39,881 nt of DNA from Octopus bimaculoides (Eukaryota). Positions 36,859 to 39,881 of this stretch are shown here, in pieces (position 1 is the stretch's first letter; the number at the start of each line of letters is the position of its first letter). Made by a program: the position numbers and the translations under genes. Below the pieces are notes generated by a model that saw only the letters and a program-made list of their open reading frames with translations, had not been told where the DNA came from and did no database searches. Location of the stretch: assembly GCF_001194135.2 (NCBI RefSeq), contig NC_068992.1, forward strand, positions 62,646,810 through 62,686,690. The letters run 5' to 3'.

Positions 36859-37080
36859 TAAGGCGGTGATCTGGCAGAAACTTTAGAACGCCGGGCGAAA
36901 TGCTTAGCATTATTTCGTCTGTCTTTATGTTCTGATTTCAAATTCCGCCGAGGTTGACTTTGCTTTCATATTTTCGGAGTCGATAAATTAAGTACCAGTT
37001 ACATACTGGTGTCGATCTAATTGACTGGTCCCTTCCCCCAAAATTTCGGGCCCTGTGCATAGAGTAGAAAAGAATAATTG
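36859..37080 (+). mobile_element. tRNA-derived SINE family A, full length
   Basis: TAAGGCGGTGATCTGGCAGAA, TTCAAATTCCGCCGAGG, GTCGATAAATTAAGTACCAG, tail GAGTAGAAAAGAATAATT. Confidence 0.92.
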
Positions 37081-37257
37081 TGCTCTATCAATTAGGTATA
37101 GTCTGCTACCATAAACGTGTGGTGAATGTTCTATTCAAAGACAACGAGTGGCATTATACCTTTATCTTGCTGTAATATTCAAGTGTTACTGAATTGCTAC
37201 AACTGTCGTACAAATTACGAAGATTTCATTAATTATGAAATGCGCAATCTGGCAGAA

Positions 37258-37910
37258 GTACCTCGAAATTGCTAGCTTTCTTGCCCAATACTTGAATCTC
37301 ATTTTAGGACGTGGCAAGGTGGTAGAATGCTTAGCATGCCGGACAAAATCCTTAACGGCATTTTTTCCGTCTGTACGTTCTGAGTCGACTCTGCCTCTCA
37401 TCGTTTCGGGGCCGATAAAATAAATACCCATTTGAACACTGAGGTTGACGTCATCGACTTATTCCATCCTCTAAATTGCTGGCCTTGTGCCAAAATTTGA
37501 AACCAATTACGGAACGTGATTGGTACAGAACCGATGGCACGGTGGACAAAATACTTAACGTCATTTCTTGCTATATTCTAGGTTGAAACCTCGCCAAGGT
37601 TGACTGTGCCTTGCAGCCTTTCGAGATCGATAAAGTAAGTACCAGTTGAGCATTGGGGTCAATGTGATCGACTTACCCTCTCTCTCGAAATTGCTAGCTT
37701 TTTTGGCCAATATTTGAATCTAATTTTAAGACGTGGCAAAGTGGTAGAGTGCTTAGCATGCCGGACAAAATCCTTAGCGGAGTACCTTTCAGACATTCGA
37801 GATCAATACAATCATTAGCGTTCGAACATTTAGGTCAATGTAATCAACTACCCCTCTCCTACATAATTCCACTCTTTGTACCTACAGTAGTAAGAATTAT
37901 AGAATATTAT
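37258..37910 (+). mobile_element. Tandem run of 3-4 family A SINEs or fragments
   Basis: Heads at about 37308, 37512 and 37729; tails GCTGGCCTTGTGCCAAAATTTGAAACC and variants. Confidence 0.8.
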
Positions 37911-38269
37911 TATACCTGTGTTCGGAATAACGTTTCGAACCATTAAGAAAATTGTTAGATATAGACATGGGCCCGGGAACAGTGGATGCAAGGGGTAAAA
38001 GTGACCCCCCCCCCACCTAAAGTTGTTTAGGGGCGCAAAATCAAAACTTGTATCCTAACTTAATTTATACAGGTCTAGAAAACTGCGTAAAAAGTGATCC
38101 GTAAAAAGAAAAGCATCTTGAAGTTAGGTTCCTTCTCAAAGAAAATAAAAACGAAATTAAATTTGAAAAACAGTAAAACCAATAATTCATAAAAGTGGGT
38201 CACAGCGATATATAAGAGCATAGACACTTGTGCAATCAAAAATCGCTCATAATACTTTTCTTGTGAGAA

Positions 38270-38358
38270 GGTGGTGAGCTGGCAGAAAAGTTAGCATGAC
38301 GGGCGAAATGCTTAGCACTATTTCGTCTATCTTTATGTTCTGAGTTCAAATTCTGCTG
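38270..38358 (+). mobile_element. Family A SINE 5' part
   Basis: AAGGTGGTGAGCTGGCAGAA...TTCTGAGTTCAAATTC; the sequence stops where the mariner remnant begins. Confidence 0.85.
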
Positions 38359-38365
38359 TATATTC

Positions 38366-38666
38366 TTCATTGAGTACGATGAAAACTTTTTGAAAACTTT
38401 GCGTAGGCTTCTGAGCATGTATCGCCAAGCTTTTGGCAAAATATGATGCAGAGTTTCTCCTCAACTTTTTTCTGTCATGGTGAACGCGACAATCACATGC
38501 TACACACCTTCCTTCCAAACATTGCTGTAAACAGTGAGCTAGGACGTTAAGACTTAGAACGCCTACACAGGAGAGTTCAAGGTCAATGTTAGCCGAGCAG
38601 CTTCACTCTGCGTGCTTTAGCTTCGTTACTATGACAACATTGCGGATACTTATTGATCAAACCTCA
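38366..38666. mobile_element. Second, partial copy of the fold-back mariner derivative
   Basis: Reverse complement of MTEKV...KLGDTCSEAYAK, plus the 5' UTR and terminus GGATACTTATTGATCAAACCTCA|TA; homologous to 31002-31170 and 31630-31763. Confidence 0.9.
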
Positions 38667-39600
38667 TATATATATATGCATGTATATGTATATATGTGCA
38701 TATATATGTGTATATATATACATATATATACATATGTATATATACATATATATATACACACATATATATATATATATATACACGGTGGTGCATCAGCATG
38801 GCCGCAGCTCTGAGCTGAAACTTTGAAATGAAATGAAATATATACATATATATACATACATATACATATATACATATATATATGATCATGTATGTGTGTG
38901 TATATATATGTCTGTGTGTATGTATGTATGTATGTATGTATGTATGTATGTATGCATGCATGTGTACATGTATGTATGTAAGCATATATATACTTCCGAT
39001 TTTGATCGCCTTCTCTTCATTAGTGCTGTTGTCAACGAGTGTCCTGTTACTCTGTCAATTTTACATTGTTAAGGAAATGGATTTTCCTTCGTAAGTGTTT
39101 AGCAAACACAGAAATTTCGCAAATATTTACTAATTTGTATGAAAATCCTTCTTAGTTGTCGCCAACATTTCTATTATCAATGACAATATTTTCAATAAGT
39201 TTATGTTTCGATTTTCTTATTGTTGTTTTCCCATCTTTATAAGATTTGTTACTACTTTTATTTAATGTTTTAATGAAAAATCACCCATTACGATTTAATT
39301 TGTTAAGCATTAGAACAGGCTAGGTGGCAGTCTATCAGCTTTGTTGGGTATCTCTTTCACTCTCTCTCTCTGTCTCTCTCTCTCTCTCTCTCGTTCTCTC
39401 TCTCTCTTTCTCCCTCTCTCGCTCACGCTCTGTATCTGTCTATCTATGACGATCTATGTATCGATCAATGTAGCTCTCTATAGTCTATATCTTTGTGTTT
39501 ACAACTATCAGTCTCTATGTATGAACTCATATAATGTATGTATTTATATATGTACACATACACACATACACACACAGACACACACACACACACACACACG

Positions 39601-39636
<36 letters not shown>

Positions 39637-39715
39637 ATACAAAGAATATATATACATGGATTCACACATATATGTACATACTTACATCTACATGTGTATA
39701 TATATGCATATCAAG
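38667..39715. repeat. Microsatellite fields (TA, TATG, CT, CA)
   Basis: Direct inspection; unique island at 39000-39340. Confidence 0.85.
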
Positions 39716-39860
39716 GTACAGGACGTTAGAACAATAAACTACAGACAACGGAACGAACACATAGGAAAACGGAAAGCCACTTGGAATATCCCTTCATCAG
39801 CTGTCTCTATTCTATCTAGACGTTTCGAAGATAAGACAGAACGTACTCTAGAATAGTCTC
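39715..39860. mobile_element. Penelope-like family fragment
   Basis: GGTACAGGACGTT...CCCTTCATCAG...GACGTTTCGAAG, same layout as 17038-17230. Confidence 0.55.
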
Positions 39861-39881
39861 TTCCTGAGTAGTGGATCAACC

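Noticed and set aside
37965-38030. CATGGGCCCGGG...GGGG...CCCCCCCC resembling a hAT-type MITE end
   Set aside because: No matching opposite terminus or second copy found.

Overview
Eukaryotic, AT-rich, repeat-saturated DNA with 13 N-gaps (about 2.7 kb in total), nearly all flanked by microsatellites. The SINE families and microsatellite load look like an octopod genome; this is inferred from recalled repeat sequences and was not verified. There is no long intact gene, and almost all ORFs in the supplied track are microsatellite or N artefacts. Well-supported content: more than 25 tRNA-derived SINE copies in about three families, two decayed RTE-clade LINE 3' fragments, two copies of a ~210-bp mariner-type MITE, a probable Penelope-like repeat family, and a fold-back mariner derivative. 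That derivative keeps only the DNA-binding half of the transposase, and its rearrangement junction recurs in a second copy 7 kb away. Weaker, by-eye signals: a phase-consistent chain of small exons on the minus strand (14.7-24.2 kb), a competing set of plus-strand micro-exon candidates, an unexplained ~150-bp four-hairpin element, and an exact 41-bp dispersed duplication. Exon calls are tentative, and SINE boundaries are approximate.
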